Positions 28,178-39,320 of a DNA stretch of 64,000 bases are shown here, in pieces (the stretch's first letter is position 1; each line of letters opens with the position of its first letter). The stretch comes from an uncultured Gemmatimonadaceae bacterium. GTDB lineage: Bacteria > Gemmatimonadota > Gemmatimonadetes > Gemmatimonadales > Gemmatimonadaceae. The translations under genes and the position numbers were made by a program. The notes below the pieces were generated by a model. That model was not told the DNA's origin. It worked only from the letters and a program-made list of their open reading frames with translations, and searched no databases. The DNA lies in contig CAWAGQ010000008.1 of NCBI GenBank assembly GCA_963781585.1, forward strand, positions 96,001-160,000, written 5' to 3'.

Positions 28178-29651
28178 CTATCGCTGCGCCTGGATCTGTT
28201 TCGCTACGCGCTCCGTCTCTTCCATCACCCGCAGCACGTTTCCGCCCCACAGCTTGATGATCTGGTCCTCCGTGTAGCCGCGCCTCACGAGTTCGGCGGT
28301 CACGTTGATCGCCTCGCTCGTGCAGTTGTAGCCGTCGATGCCGCCGCCCCCGTCGAAGTCAGAGCTGATTCCGACATGATCGATGCCGATGAGTTTCACC
28401 GCGTAGTCGATGTGGTTCACGAAGTCCTGCACGTTCGCGCGCACCGGCGGCGGCGGCGGATATTTCGCGTTGATGTCGTCCAGCCGCGACTGAAAACGCG
28501 CCTGGGTGGCGCTATCCATCGCCGCCAGCGGATTACCGCGGCCGCCGCCCCCGCCCCCGCGCGCTCCGCCTCGACCCGCGCGGCCACCACGCGCGCTGCC
28601 TCGGGCGCCACCTGCTGGGGACGCCGCCGCGGCGTAGCCCACACTGCACGCCGCGCTGCGAACAGGGGCAGTACCAGCGCCGCCACGCGCCGCTCCACCG
28701 CCACGACCCACGGCGGCTACCGGCACGTTGAATTCCTGCGCCAGCGCTGCCAGCGCCGCCGTGCGCTCCGCCGACGGCGGCGCCGCGCATTTCACATATC
28801 CCGAGAATGCCACCGTCTGCATCACGCCGCCGTTCTTCTTCAGCGCCAGCAGCTGCTCGTCGTCCAGATCGCGTGACGCAGTGGGGCACAGCGCGCGCAC
28901 CGCCGAGTGTGACGCGATCACCGGCGCCCTGCTGTTGGCCATCACCCACATGTTCGATTCCTTCGACGGATGGGAGATGTCGAGCATGATCCCCCACTTG
29001 TTCGCCTCGGCCACCACCTGCTTGCCGAGCGGACTCACGCCGTGCCACTTCCACTCGTTGTTCGACTCGCCGGTGTTGGAGTCGGAGAGCTGGTTGTGCC
29101 CGTTGTGGGCAAGCGAGAGGTATCGCCCGCCGCGGTCGTAGAACTCCTTGACTCGCGTGATGTCCTCGCCGATGCCGTAGCCGTTCTCGACACCCATCAG
29201 CGCGATGAGCTTCCCCTTGGCGTGGATCCGCCGCACGTCGGCCGCGGTGAGCGCGAGCTCGATCTGGTCCGGCGCCAGCTTCTCCACCAGGTGGTGGACG
29301 GCATCGAACTTCGCGACATCGGTTTCGTACGCCCGCTGGTATCCCTCGGGGGTGAGATCCCCCTGCCCCACGTAGATACTGAAGAAGATCCCGTTCATCC
29401 CGCCGTTCTTCATCTTCACCAGGTCCACCTGGTGCGGATGGCCGGTGCGATAGTTCGGCGCGGTGTCGCCCATGAACGACGGCTCGATGTCGACGTGAGT
29501 GTCGATCTTGATCGCCTTATCATGGATGGCGCGGGCCCGCGCCATCAGGGCGGCATCGGGCTGCTGGGCGCAGAGCGGGAGCGCAAGGAACGCAACCAGG
29601 GGCGCGACCGCCCACTGCGCAACGCGGGGGCAGTTGAGACGTGCGCGTCAT
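28178..29651 (-). CDS. Membrane dipeptidase (M19) with signal peptide; +1 frameshift in the G5 run at 29626-29630
   Basis: IDTHVD, MGVENGY, DISH, SHS and HVGISSDFDGGG; removing one base restores MTRTSQLPRVAQWAVAPLVAFLALPLCAQQ. Confidence 0.85.
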
Positions 29652-29786
29652 CGGGACCTCGACCGAACGGGTGTAGGAGAGGAGCGCTCGAGGGCGCCCG
29701 CGATAACGTATTCGGTCGCGACAGGTTCGGGGAGGCGGCACCGCCATTCCATTGAATTCGGCTGAGGCGCCGGTGAAATGGGACTG

Positions 29787-30321
29787 TTAGCGGAAGACCT
29801 CCTCGAGGTCGACCGCCAGCGATGTCGCGACGCCCTCCACCGTCCACGTGAGCCGGTCACGGGACTCCCGATCATCCCGTCCCGGGCGCACCGAGGTAAT
29901 GGCGCGCTGCCCGGGATCCACGATCCAGTACTCGGCGACACCCGCATCCATATAGAGGTCTCTCTTCTGCATGCGATCGCGGCGGCGCGTGGAGTCGGAG
30001 AGGACCTCCACGATCAGGATGGGCACGTGGCCAGTCCTCCCAGTCGATGTCAGGGCCCGGTGGCGGCTGACGTACCATGAGGTCGGGCTCCACCTCGGAG
30101 CCTTCGTAGCGCACTACCGCGCGGGGATGGTAGATGAATCCAAGCCCGTGCGTGCGTACGAAGGGTTCGAAGATCCGCGTCAGGCGCGCGAGTACAGTCT
30201 CGTGACCCGTGGTTGGCGTGGGCGTCACGAACAGCTCGCCCCGCACGAGCTCGTACTTGTTGCCGTCGTCGGGGAGGCTGTGCAGTTCCTCGAGCGTCCA
30301 TCTCTTGATCGTCGTGGCCAT
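29787..30321 (-). CDS. Uma2 (DUF820) family endonuclease, frameshifted near 30025
   Basis: WTLEELHSLPDDGNKYELVRGELFVTP and EPDLMV in one frame; PILIVEVLSDST...YWIVDP in the next; total length 3n+1. Confidence 0.85.
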
Positions 30322-30727
30322 GTGCATGACGCCTGTCTCCCCGGCCGATTGCCACACGCGCGCATGCGCCGAGGGTAGCAGCGCGCCGGCAGGTCCCCGC
30401 CATCCCTCCGTCGCGCAGCGCATCACCACCCTGCACGATCGGCAAAGGTGAGTCGTGTGCCGAGCGTACGCTCGGCGGCCGTGCCGAGTCAAGACGGCCA
30501 CACGTCCGGAGTTTCGGAGTGCCGCTGCCGGGAGCGCCTCCGGCCGAGACCTCCGGGCGGCTTCCGTCCGTCCGATCGCGACCCACTCGCCTGGGCCGCA
30601 CGCCATCGCTGCGGCGACGCCGGACGTCCGATCACAGTGGCGGTTCGCGCCTCCTCGCCATGTGCGCCTCCGTGTGCTACCGTGAATGCCGTTGGAGCCC
30701 ATCCCCCCAGGTTCACAGGAGTGCCCC

Positions 30728-30937
30728 ATGGACGACGCAACGCGCGCCAGCGCCGGCACGAGGCGCTCGAACGGCGCCATCGCGCTGAGCATCATCGGGT
30801 CCGGCCTGGCCGGTGTGATCGCGATGCTTGCGGTGATCCCGGCCTGGTTCGCCCGCGACTGGATGGCCGTCGGCGTTCTCCTCGGAGCCGCGGGAATTTC
30901 ATTCGGACTGCTCGCCAACGCGCTCCTGCGGCAGTGA
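30728..30937 (+). CDS. Small two-TM membrane protein
   Basis: AGGAG RBS; two hydrophobic helices. Confidence 0.6.
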   Translation: MDDATRASAGTRRSNGAIALSIIGSGLAGVIAMLAVIPAWFARDWMAVGVLLGAAGISFGLLANALLRQ

Positions 30938-31101
30938 TGCTCGTCGCGGTACATCGGCGGAGGAGCCGGGCGGGAGGCGACACGCGGAGCGCATGGCGCC
31001 TCTCCCCTGTGCGCCCCAGACAAGCAGAAGAGTCCGATGGGGATGCGCCGCCGCCCACCCTTGATTCACATCCACCACGTCATCTCCCCCGGAGCATCAC
31101 G

Positions 31102-32746
31102 ATGAATTCGCGTCGTTCGTTGCGTGCCATGAAGTCCTCCCTTCTTGCCGCCTTCAGCTCGGCCGTGCTCGTGCTCCCCGCATTGGCGCAGGGTGCCGGC
31201 GACGATCCACGGCTCGAGAAGCTCAAGGCCGAGGCGCTGACCCGCGTTGACGCGCGCGCGAAGCTGATTCAGGAGATGGTCGACGAGGTGTTTTCATTCG
31301 GCGAGCTCGGATTTCAGGAATTCGAGACGTCGAAGTACCTCACCGGCATCCTCGAGCAGAACGGGTTCACCGTGGAGCGCGGCGTGGCCGGCATTCCCAC
31401 GGCGTGGGTGGCGCGGTGGGGTTCCGGCAAGCCGGTGATCTCGCTCGGATCGGACCTCGACGACATCCCGCAAGCGAGCCAGAAACCGGCCGTCGGCTAT
31501 CACGACCCGATGATCGCGGGCGCGCCGGGGCATGGCGAAGGGACACAACTCGGGCCAGGCGGTGAACATCGCGGCCGCGCTGGTGGTGAAGGAGATCATG
31601 GAGCGCGAGAAGATCCCCGGGACGCTGGTGCTGTGGCCGGGGGTGGCCGAGGAGCAGCTCGGGTCGAAGGCGTATCTCGTTCGCGCCGGGGTCTTCAAGG
31701 ACGTGGACGTGACGCTCTTCTCGCACGTGGACAGCAATCTGGGCGTCTCGGCGGGGCCGTCGGGTCAGCTCGCGCTGCTGTCCGCGCTCTTCAAGTTCCG
31801 CGGTCAGACGGCGCACGCCGCGGCGGCACCGTGGCGCGGCAAGTCGGCCCTCGATGCGGTGATGCTGATGGCCCAGGCGTGGGAGTTCCACCGCGAGCAC
31901 ATGGAGCCGGCGCAGCGATCGCACTACGTGATTCCCGACGGCGGCGATCAGCCTAACGTGGTTCCGGCGACGGCGTCGATCTGGTTCTACTTCCGCAACG
32001 TCGACTACCAGGGCGTCGAGGAGATGTTCTCGGCCGCCAGGGACATGGCCAAGGGAGCGGCCCTGATGACCGGCGCGCAGCTCGACACCGTCATCATCCT
32101 CGGCTCCGCGTGGAACGGCTGGTTCAACCGGACGATCGCCCAGACGATGCAGAAGAACATCGAGCGCGTGGGGATGCCTTCGTGGGACGCGGCCGACGAG
32201 ACGATGGCGCGCGGGCTGCAACACGAGCTGGGCGTGCGCGAGTCGGGGCTGTCCACGCAGGTCAACCAGCTGCGCGACGCCACGCCCACCGCCGGCCGAG
32301 GTGGCCGCGGCGGCGGTGGAGGCGGCGGCGGTTCCGACGACATCGGCGACGTGTCGTGGACCGTGCCGACGGTGACGCTGCGCTATCCGTCGAACATCCC
32401 CGGCGGGCCGGGGCACAACTGGGCGAACGCGATCTCGATGGCCACTCCCATCGCCCACAAGGGGGCGGTGACGGGAGCCAAGGTCCAGGCGCTGACCATG
32501 CTGGATATTCTGCTCACGCCGAAGGTCGTGGCCGACGCGTGGGACTATTTCCGCAACATCCAGACCAGGGACATCAAGTATACGCCGTTCATCGGGCCTA
32601 ACGACCAGCCGGCGATCTGGCTCAACGCCGAGATCATGGCGAAGTACCGCCCGGAGATGAAGAAGTTCTACTACGACCCGGCGAAGTTCAAAACATATCT
32701 GGAGCAGCTGGGGATCAAGTATCCGACGCTGAGGTCGATTCAATAG
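31102..32746 (+). CDS. M20 amidohydrolase (AbgB-like), secreted; +1 frameshift near 31540
   Basis: ELGFQEFETS, GIPTAW, PGHGEG-HNSG split across frames, GVAEE, GGDQPNVVP and GSDDIGDVSW. Confidence 0.88.
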
Positions 32747-32750
32747 AAAC

Positions 32751-32827
32751 AGCTGTCAGTGGGCAGTTATCAGTGATCAGCGGTGAGCTCACAGCGGTCA
32801 GCAGTCAGCTGTCAGCTCTCGGTCGTC
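32751..32827 (+). repeat. Degenerate heptamer tandem repeat (AGCNGTC-like, 11 units)
   Basis: agctgtc agtgggc agttatc agtgatc agcggtg agctcac agcggtc agcagtc agctgtc agctctc ggtcgtc. Confidence 0.8.
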
Positions 32828-32963
32828 AGGTCTACGTCCCAGATGCCTGTCGCTCGCGGTCAGGAGTTGTTCATCCGGCTCCCATCCACGCGCCCTGATG
32901 TTCCTTGCTCACTCCCGCGTCTGGCATGTCTTTGCGAAACCGCTTGCTGTCGCGAGATCGTGT

Positions 32964-34142
32964 CTACGGCCTGACGATTCGTCGGAGCACAAGAGTCTCT
33001 GTTCCGTCCCCATCGACCTCGTTGAGCAGCATCTGGTCGCGGCGAATGGCCAGGGGAGTCGCGGTGATCGCCATGTTGAGGCGACCGAGTAGTGCTCCCG
33101 CCGCGTTGGTGACGAGCCAGGTTGCCGAGTCGGCGCCGGCGGGCGCGTACGCGCGGATCCAGACGTTGCCGTCTGTATCGATGCGCAACTCGGCCAACAA
33201 TGGCGCTGGCAGAGATTGCCTCCTCTTCCGCATCTCCGCACCAAGCAGCGCGCGCTGCTGCGGATCGCGCATGAATTCCAGTTCCCGCGCCACTTCCGCC
33301 TCGGTGACCCGGCGCGCGGCGAGAGGCACGGTGAAGCGCCGAAGGATCTCAGCGGTTGCCGAATACGCGACGAACTGACCGGTCATGTTCTCGCCGATAA
33401 TGAGCGTGTCGTTCGCCATGGCGACGTGCGCCTGCGCTCCGAACGGCAGTCGAATCGCGCGAAAGCTCCTCCCCGCCTCGTACACGAACCACTCCGCACC
33501 AGGTACACGCACCACGGTGTCACGCGCTTCCCCAGCGGGACTCAGCCTGACGATGCTGATCGTGTCGCGCACCACGCCGCGCACCGTCCGCGGGTCGTAC
33601 GCTCCCGCTTGCACCACCACGATGCTCCCCTCGGCAGTGAAGCCGACGGGGAACGCGCCCACAGGGGCGCCAAACATTCGTGCGAAGCGCCCCACGGGGT
33701 CGAGCACCGTGAATCGACTCGCCAGCACGTCGAACACCAGGATCGAGTCATCGATTCGCCCCATCCAGCCGACGCTGCGGAACTCACCCGGTCCGGATCC
33801 TTCCCGCCCAACGACGGTGCGCAGACGCCCATCCTTGTCGAAGATCAGCACCTGCCGCCTCCCTGAGTTTCCGACGACGATTCCGCCGTCATCACCGAGC
33901 AGAGCCGAGTTCGCGTTGAGCAACTGGAGAGGGCTCACCGGATCGCGGGATCCTATCCGGACGGCGGCGCTGGTATCGAGTGTCCACGTCACGGCCGCGG
34001 GCGGTGGTGATCTGCTCGGTTCGCAGCTCGCAAGGAAGCCCATTGCCATCGCAGCGTGGATCGCCGCACCGCCGCCGCGGCGAACCCTTGCACGAAAGCG
34101 TGTGACAGCCCGGCTGGTTCCGAGAGGCGCGCTCGAGGTCAT
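32964..34142 (-). CDS. Putative beta-propeller lipoprotein (start uncertain)
   Basis: Lipobox FLASC; VGREGSGPGEF; IDTDGNVWI. Confidence 0.7.
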   Translation of the reverse strand: MTSSAPLGTSRAVTRFRARVRRGGGAAIHAAMAMGFLASCEPSRSPPPAAVTWTLDTSAAVRIGSRDPVSPLQLLNANSALLGDDGGIVVGNSGRRQVLIFDKDGRLRTVVGREGSGPGEFRSVGWMGRIDDSILVFDVLASRFTVLDPVGRFARMFGAPVGAFPVGFTAEGSIVVVQAGAYDPRTVRGVVRDTISIVRLSPAGEARDTVVRVPGAEWFVYEAGRSFRAIRLPFGAQAHVAMANDTLIIGENMTGQFVAYSATAEILRRFTVPLAARRVTEAEVARELEFMRDPQQRALLGAEMRKRRQSLPAPLLAELRIDTDGNVWIRAYAPAGADSATWLVTNAAGALLGRLNMAITATPLAIRRDQMLLNEVDGDGTETLVLRRIVRP

Positions 34143-34426
34143 CGAACGGCGAAGGTAAGCTCCAACGGGTTGAGCGACTCGTCGCGTAGGTGGGGGAGGG
34201 GGAACGTTTGCCCGGCGAAACGAGTTAGCAGCATGCATCAGACAGACGGCGGCAATGCCGTTCACGGCTTGTCACCATATTGGACAATCCGAAGCAGGCG
34301 TCAATGGCGACCTCCGGAATCCCGACCGGTCGCAGGGTTCCTCGCCGTCAACTCCCCCCGTTTCCGAGCATCGCCGCATTATCGCAACGACGCGCGACGC
34401 ACGCGGCCTCGCTCACTCGTGAACCA

Positions 34427-35947
34427 ATGCCTTCTTCTCTTCGCACTTCCCTCCACCAGAATCCTCTCGACATTCCGCCTGCCGAGTTCCGGCGGCTGGG
34501 ACATGCGGTCGTCGACGACCTGGCGGACTTCCTCGACGCCCTTCCGCACCGGCGCGTCACGTCCGGGGCGTCGCCCGCGACCCTCCGCACCGCGCTCGGG
34601 GGTGACGGACTTCCTGCTGAGGGCGCCGACCCGGGCGATCTGCTTCGCGAGGCCACGCGGCTGCTCGTGAAGGACTCGCTCTTCAACGGACACCCCCGGT
34701 TTCTGGGCTACATCACCTCGTCGGCATCGCCCACCGGCGCGCTCGCCGACCTGGTCGCCGCCGCGATCAATCCCAACGTGGGCGGCTTTGTCCTTTCCCC
34801 CGTTGCTACCGAGATCGAAGCCCAGGCGATACGGTGGATCGCCGAGTTGTTAGGCTGTTCGCCCTCGTGCGGCGGCCTGTTCGTGAGCGGTGGCAACATG
34901 GCGAACTTCGTCGCGTTCCTGGCCGCCAGGCGAGCGAAGGCGCCATGGGATGTCCGCGCGCTGGGGCTCCGTGGTGGCGACCGCCAGCTCGTCGCCTACG
35001 CCTCGAAGGAAACGCACACCTGGTTCCAGAAGGCGGCCGACCTCTTCGGGCTCGGACTCTCCGCCATCCGGTGGATCGAGGTGGACGCGGAGCAGCGCAT
35101 GATCGTGTCGGATCTCGAGCGGCAGATCGCGGCCGATCGTCAGGCGGGCGCGTTCCCCTTTCTGGTGGTCGGCACCGCCGGCACGGTGAGTACCGGCGCC
35201 GTCGATCCGCTGCGCGAGATCGCCGCCGTCTGCCGGACGCACGACCTCTGGTTTCACGTCGACGGCGCATACGGGGCGCCGGCGGCAGCGCTGCCCGACG
35301 CGCCTGACGATCTCAAGGCGCTCGCACTGGCGGACTCGGTGGCGGTCGATCCTCACAAGTGGCTGTACGCGCCGATCGAGGCAGGGTGCATCCTGGTCCG
35401 CGACCCGCAGCATCTCATGGATGCGTTCAGCTTTCATCCCGAGTACTACCACTTCGCCGAGATGGAGGGCGAGCAGCCGCGCAACTATTACGAGTACGGG
35501 CCACAGAATTCGCGCGGATTCCGGGCGCTCAAGGTGTGGCTGGGTCTGCGCCAGGCCGGCCGCGCCGGACACGCACAGCTGATTCGTGAAGACATCGCGC
35601 TGGCGCGTCACCTTTACGACGAAGTCCGGAAGACGCCCGAACTCGAGGTGCTGACCCACAACCTCAGCATCACGACATTCCGCTACGTCCCCCCGGATCG
35701 TCAGGCGCCCGGCGACGAATCGGCGGACTATCTCAACGACCTGAACGCGGCGCTGCTCGAGCGGCTGCAGGCCGAGGGGGAGGTGTTCCTCTCGAATGCG
35801 CTCATCGACGGGGCGTTCGTGCTGCGCGCGTGCGTGGTGAACTTCCGCACCACCCGGATCGACATCGAGGCCATCCCGGGCATCGTGGTGCGCGTGGGAC
35901 GCGAGGTACACGCGGGGATGGCTCCCTCGCGCTCCTCTTCGACCTGA
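34427..35947 (+). CDS. Group II PLP-dependent decarboxylase (aromatic-L-amino-acid/glutamate decarboxylase family)
   Basis: HPRFLGYI, SGGNMAN, HVDGAYG, DPHKW (PLP lysine) and SRGFRALKVW. Confidence 0.92.
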   Translation: MPSSLRTSLHQNPLDIPPAEFRRLGHAVVDDLADFLDALPHRRVTSGASPATLRTALGGDGLPAEGADPGDLLREATRLLVKDSLFNGHPRFLGYITSSASPTGALADLVAAAINPNVGGFVLSPVATEIEAQAIRWIAELLGCSPSCGGLFVSGGNMANFVAFLAARRAKAPWDVRALGLRGGDRQLVAYASKETHTWFQKAADLFGLGLSAIRWIEVDAEQRMIVSDLERQIAADRQAGAFPFLVVGTAGTVSTGAVDPLREIAAVCRTHDLWFHVDGAYGAPAAALPDAPDDLKALALADSVAVDPHKWLYAPIEAGCILVRDPQHLMDAFSFHPEYYHFAEMEGEQPRNYYEYGPQNSRGFRALKVWLGLRQAGRAGHAQLIREDIALARHLYDEVRKTPELEVLTHNLSITTFRYVPPDRQAPGDESADYLNDLNAALLERLQAEGEVFLSNALIDGAFVLRACVVNFRTTRIDIEAIPGIVVRVGREVHAGMAPSRSSST

Positions 35948-35978
35948 CTTCAAAGCGGCCAGGAATGATCTGTGGTAC

Positions 35979-36150
35979 CTGGCCTCTGGCCGCTGGCCTT
36001 TGGCCCCTGACCTGGGCCGCTGACCTTTGGCCCTTGGCCTTTGGCCTCAAGCCCCATCAAACCCTTTCCGCCGAGACGGTGTCTATTATCCCGACAATGT
36101 CAGTGAAATAGCCCGCTCCTTTCGCCTTTGGCCTTTGACCCTGGACTCTC
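35979..36150 (+). repeat. Heptamer repeat tracts (YTGGCCY) flanking the PadR promoter
   Basis: About 11 units at 35979-36054 and about 4 more at 36121-36150. Confidence 0.75.
36084..36110 (+). promoter_or_regulatory. Probable PadR operator / -10 region
   Basis: Imperfect palindrome TATTATCCCGACA-A-TGTCAGTGAAATA about 45 nt upstream of padR. Confidence 0.5.
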
Positions 36151-36155
36151 GCCCC

Positions 36156-36482
36156 GTGCCCCAGTCCCTCGGTGAATTCGAGCAGCTCGTCCTTCTCGCC
36201 CTCGCCCGGCTGGACGATGCAGCCTACGGCGTCACGGTGCAGCAGGAGATCACGCGACACGCGCGCCGCGAGGTCGGACTCGGCAGTGTCTACAAGACCC
36301 TGAGCCGCCTCGAGACCAAAGGGATGGTCGAGTCGTGGGCCGGCGAACCCCTTCCGATCCGCGGCGGTCGGCGGAAGAAACACTATCGCCTCCTCCCCGC
36401 CGGATCCCGCGAGCTCCAGCGGTCGCTGGCCGCGCTGCGCGGCATGACGCGCGGGCTCGCGCCACGGCTGGAGCTGCGATGA
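36156..36482 (+). CDS. PadR family transcriptional regulator
   Basis: LGEFEQLVLLAL, AYGVTV, GSVYKTLSRLETKG and RGGRRKKHY. Confidence 0.9.
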   Translation: MPQSLGEFEQLVLLALARLDDAAYGVTVQQEITRHARREVGLGSVYKTLSRLETKGMVESWAGEPLPIRGGRRKKHYRLLPAGSRELQRSLAALRGMTRGLAPRLELR

Positions 36483-39142
36483 CGGACCACGAAGGGCGTG
36501 CGCTGCAACCGCCGAGCCTCGCGGTGACGCTCCTGTCGCGCCGCCTCCCCGACCTCGATCGCGAGTTCATTCTCGGCGACCTCGAGGAAGCCTTTCACAA
36601 TCGGGTGAGCGCAGTGGGTCGGCGATCGGCCCGACGCTGGTTCTGGCGCGAGGCCCTTCGGATGCTCCTTTCTCCCTGGCCATCACCTCGGGCGCCTCGC
36701 GTGCCTGACGCTCCACAGGAGACCGGTATGCGCTCGCTCCTCAGTGATCTGCGATTCGCCGTCCGCACCATCGCTCGCACGCCCGGTGTGAGCGCGCTCA
36801 TCGTACTCACGCTGGCGCTCGGCATTGGCGCGGCGAGCGGCATCTTCAGCATCGTCTATCCGGCTCTGTTCGAGCTCCCCGGCCTGCGCGACCCCTCCCG
36901 GGTGGTGCTCCTCTGGGAGCGCGAGCGCGCGGGTACCGAGAGCAACGTCGGCTACCTCACCTTCACCGACCTCCAGCGCGAGACGAAAAGCCTCGAGTCG
37001 GCCGCTGCGATGAGCTATTGGCAGCCGATCATCCGGGGAGGCAGCGAGCCCGAGCGGCTCGACGGCCAACGCGTCACCGCCCGGTTCTTCCACGTACTCG
37101 GCGTCCAGCCGTTGTTAGGCAGGGACTTCGCGCCGGAGGAGGACCGGAACGGCGCCAACCGGGTCCTCATCCTGACCTACGGCCTCTGGCAGCGCCGGTT
37201 CGGCGGCGACAGTGCCATCATCGGCCGGACGGTCCCCCTCGGCGACACGCCCTACACCGTCGTTGGCGTGCTTCCACCGGACTTCGAGAGCGTTCTCGCT
37301 CCCGGCTCGGAGATCTTCGGGCCGCTGGGATATGACGCCTCGCTCCCCTACGCCTGCCGAAGCTGCCGCCACCTCCGGGTGGTCGCCCGTGTTCGCAATG
37401 GCTTCACGATCGCCAGCGCCGAGCGCGAGCTGAGTGCGCTGATGCCCACGATCATCGCGCAGGCGCCGCAGGACTACGACGACAATGGCGTTTCGCTCGT
37501 CCCGCTGCACGACTACATGACTCGCATGGCCAGGCCGGCGCTCCTCGCCCTGGTGGGGGCCGTCGGATTCGTCCTGCTCATCGCCTGCGCAAATGCCGCA
37601 AATCTCATCCTCGGGCGCACGATTCGTCGCGAGTCGGAGTTCGCGGTGCGGACGGCGCTCGGCGCCGGCCGACGCCGCCTGGTTCGACTGATCCTGAGTG
37701 AGAGTCTGGTGCTGGCCCTGGTCGCGGGGGCGCTAGGCGCGGTTCTCGCGGTCGTGGGAGTACGCCTCTTCCTGCGATTCCAGCCCGCAGGCATACCCCG
37801 CATCGAGCACATTCGCGTCAATGGAGTCGTGCTCGCGTTCACCTTCCTGGTGGCGATGCTGACGGGGCTGGCGGCAAGTCTGCTGCCCGCGATCGCGACG
37901 GCCCGCAGCGATCTGCACGGGTTGCTGAAGGCCGGCGCGCGCGGATTGTCGCAGGGGGTGCGTCATCGTCTCCGGGCGATGCTGGTGATCACCGAAGTCG
38001 CGCTCGCCGTCACGTTGCTCGCTGGCGCGACGCTCCTGTTCGAGAGCCTCAGCCGGCTGCTCGCGGTCAATACCGGTTTCGACGTCCACAACCGCCTGAC
38101 GATGGAAGTGCAGGTTTCCGGCTCGAAGTATCGCGACAACGCGCTGGTTCAGCAGTTCTTCCACGATGCGGTGGATGCCGTCGCGGCGGTTCCCGGCGTG
38201 CTGGCGGCGGGAGCCGCGAGCGAGCTCCCGCTGGGCGGAAACATCGACATGTACGGCGTGCACAGTGATGTGAATCCGGACCCCGCTTCCGAGCGGGATC
38301 CGTCCGCCCTCCGGTACTCGATGACAGCCGATTTTCTCCAGGCGATGGGCATCTCCGTGCGCCGTGGACGCACGATCACGGCCGACGAGGTGCGTCGATC
38401 GGACCCGGTCGTGCTGATCAACCAGGTCATGGCACAGCGGCTCTACGGCGCGGCCGATCCACTCGGTCACCGCATCCATATCGGTGGTCCGGACAATCCC
38501 TGGCTGACGATCGTGGGCGTGGTGGGGAACGCGCACCATCGTGGCCTCGACTCGGGCGACGAGCTGCAGATGTATCTGCCGGTTGGCCAGCCCTACACCG
38601 ACGGCGGCATGTCCCTGGTGGCCAGGACGGCGGGCGATCCTTCGTCGTTCGCCTCAGCAATCCGGCGCGCCGTCCGGTCGGTCGATCCCAACGTGGCGAT
38701 CGAAAAGGTGGCGACGATGGAATCGCTGCTGGCGCAATCGACCTCCCAGCGACGACTCGCGCTCACCACGTTCGGGGTGTTCGCGCTGATCGCGCTGGCG
38801 CTGGCGGCGGCCGGCATTTTTGGCGTCCTCGCCACCTCGGTCGCCGAGCGGACCCGGGAGATCGGAGTTCGCACCGCGTTAGGCGCCCCGCAGTCGCGGA
38901 TCCTCGGCATGGTGGTGCGGCAGGGACTGCGGCTCACGATGGTCGGACTGCTGTTGGGCATCGGGGGTGCGCTCGCCGCCGGCCGGCTGATCGAGCGGCT
39001 GCTGTTCGGCGTGCGCCCCCACGATCCACTGGCACTCCTGCTGGTCAGCGCAGTCCTCGGCGTGATCGCGGTGGTGGCGTGTGCCATCCCGGCCTTGCGC
39101 GCCTCCCGCGTCGATCCGGTGATCGCCCTGCGGGACAGTTAG
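36479..39142 (+). CDS. Duplicated MacB/FtsX-type ABC permease
   Basis: ATGA overlap with padR; ILGDLEE prefix; LTLALGIGA; LLIACANAANL; REIGVRTALGA. Confidence 0.9.
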   Translation: MTDHEGRALQPPSLAVTLLSRRLPDLDREFILGDLEEAFHNRVSAVGRRSARRWFWREALRMLLSPWPSPRAPRVPDAPQETGMRSLLSDLRFAVRTIARTPGVSALIVLTLALGIGAASGIFSIVYPALFELPGLRDPSRVVLLWERERAGTESNVGYLTFTDLQRETKSLESAAAMSYWQPIIRGGSEPERLDGQRVTARFFHVLGVQPLLGRDFAPEEDRNGANRVLILTYGLWQRRFGGDSAIIGRTVPLGDTPYTVVGVLPPDFESVLAPGSEIFGPLGYDASLPYACRSCRHLRVVARVRNGFTIASAERELSALMPTIIAQAPQDYDDNGVSLVPLHDYMTRMARPALLALVGAVGFVLLIACANAANLILGRTIRRESEFAVRTALGAGRRRLVRLILSESLVLALVAGALGAVLAVVGVRLFLRFQPAGIPRIEHIRVNGVVLAFTFLVAMLTGLAASLLPAIATARSDLHGLLKAGARGLSQGVRHRLRAMLVITEVALAVTLLAGATLLFESLSRLLAVNTGFDVHNRLTMEVQVSGSKYRDNALVQQFFHDAVDAVAAVPGVLAAGAASELPLGGNIDMYGVHSDVNPDPASERDPSALRYSMTADFLQAMGISVRRGRTITADEVRRSDPVVLINQVMAQRLYGAADPLGHRIHIGGPDNPWLTIVGVVGNAHHRGLDSGDELQMYLPVGQPYTDGGMSLVARTAGDPSSFASAIRRAVRSVDPNVAIEKVATMESLLAQSTSQRRLALTTFGVFALIALALAAAGIFGVLATSVAERTREIGVRTALGAPQSRILGMVVRQGLRLTMVGLLLGIGGALAAGRLIERLLFGVRPHDPLALLLVSAVLGVIAVVACAIPALRASRVDPVIALRDS

Positions 39143-39320
39143 GTCACAGGCCAGGCCGGTCGGAGTCCATCGACCGGGCCGCGGGGCGGCGGATGACCGA
39201 CGCCCTCGGACCGGCGGGTCGGTTGGTGGCTTTGGCTTTGGCCTTTGGCCCTTCAGTTCCATTGACTCCCTTCACGGAGCAGGCTAGCGTCGTCCTGGTA
39301 CTGGCCCCGAAGGTGTTGTC

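Noticed and set aside
32751..36150. Repeat tracts as CRISPR arrays
   Set aside because: The units are 7 nt, tandem and degenerate, with no unique spacers and no cas genes.
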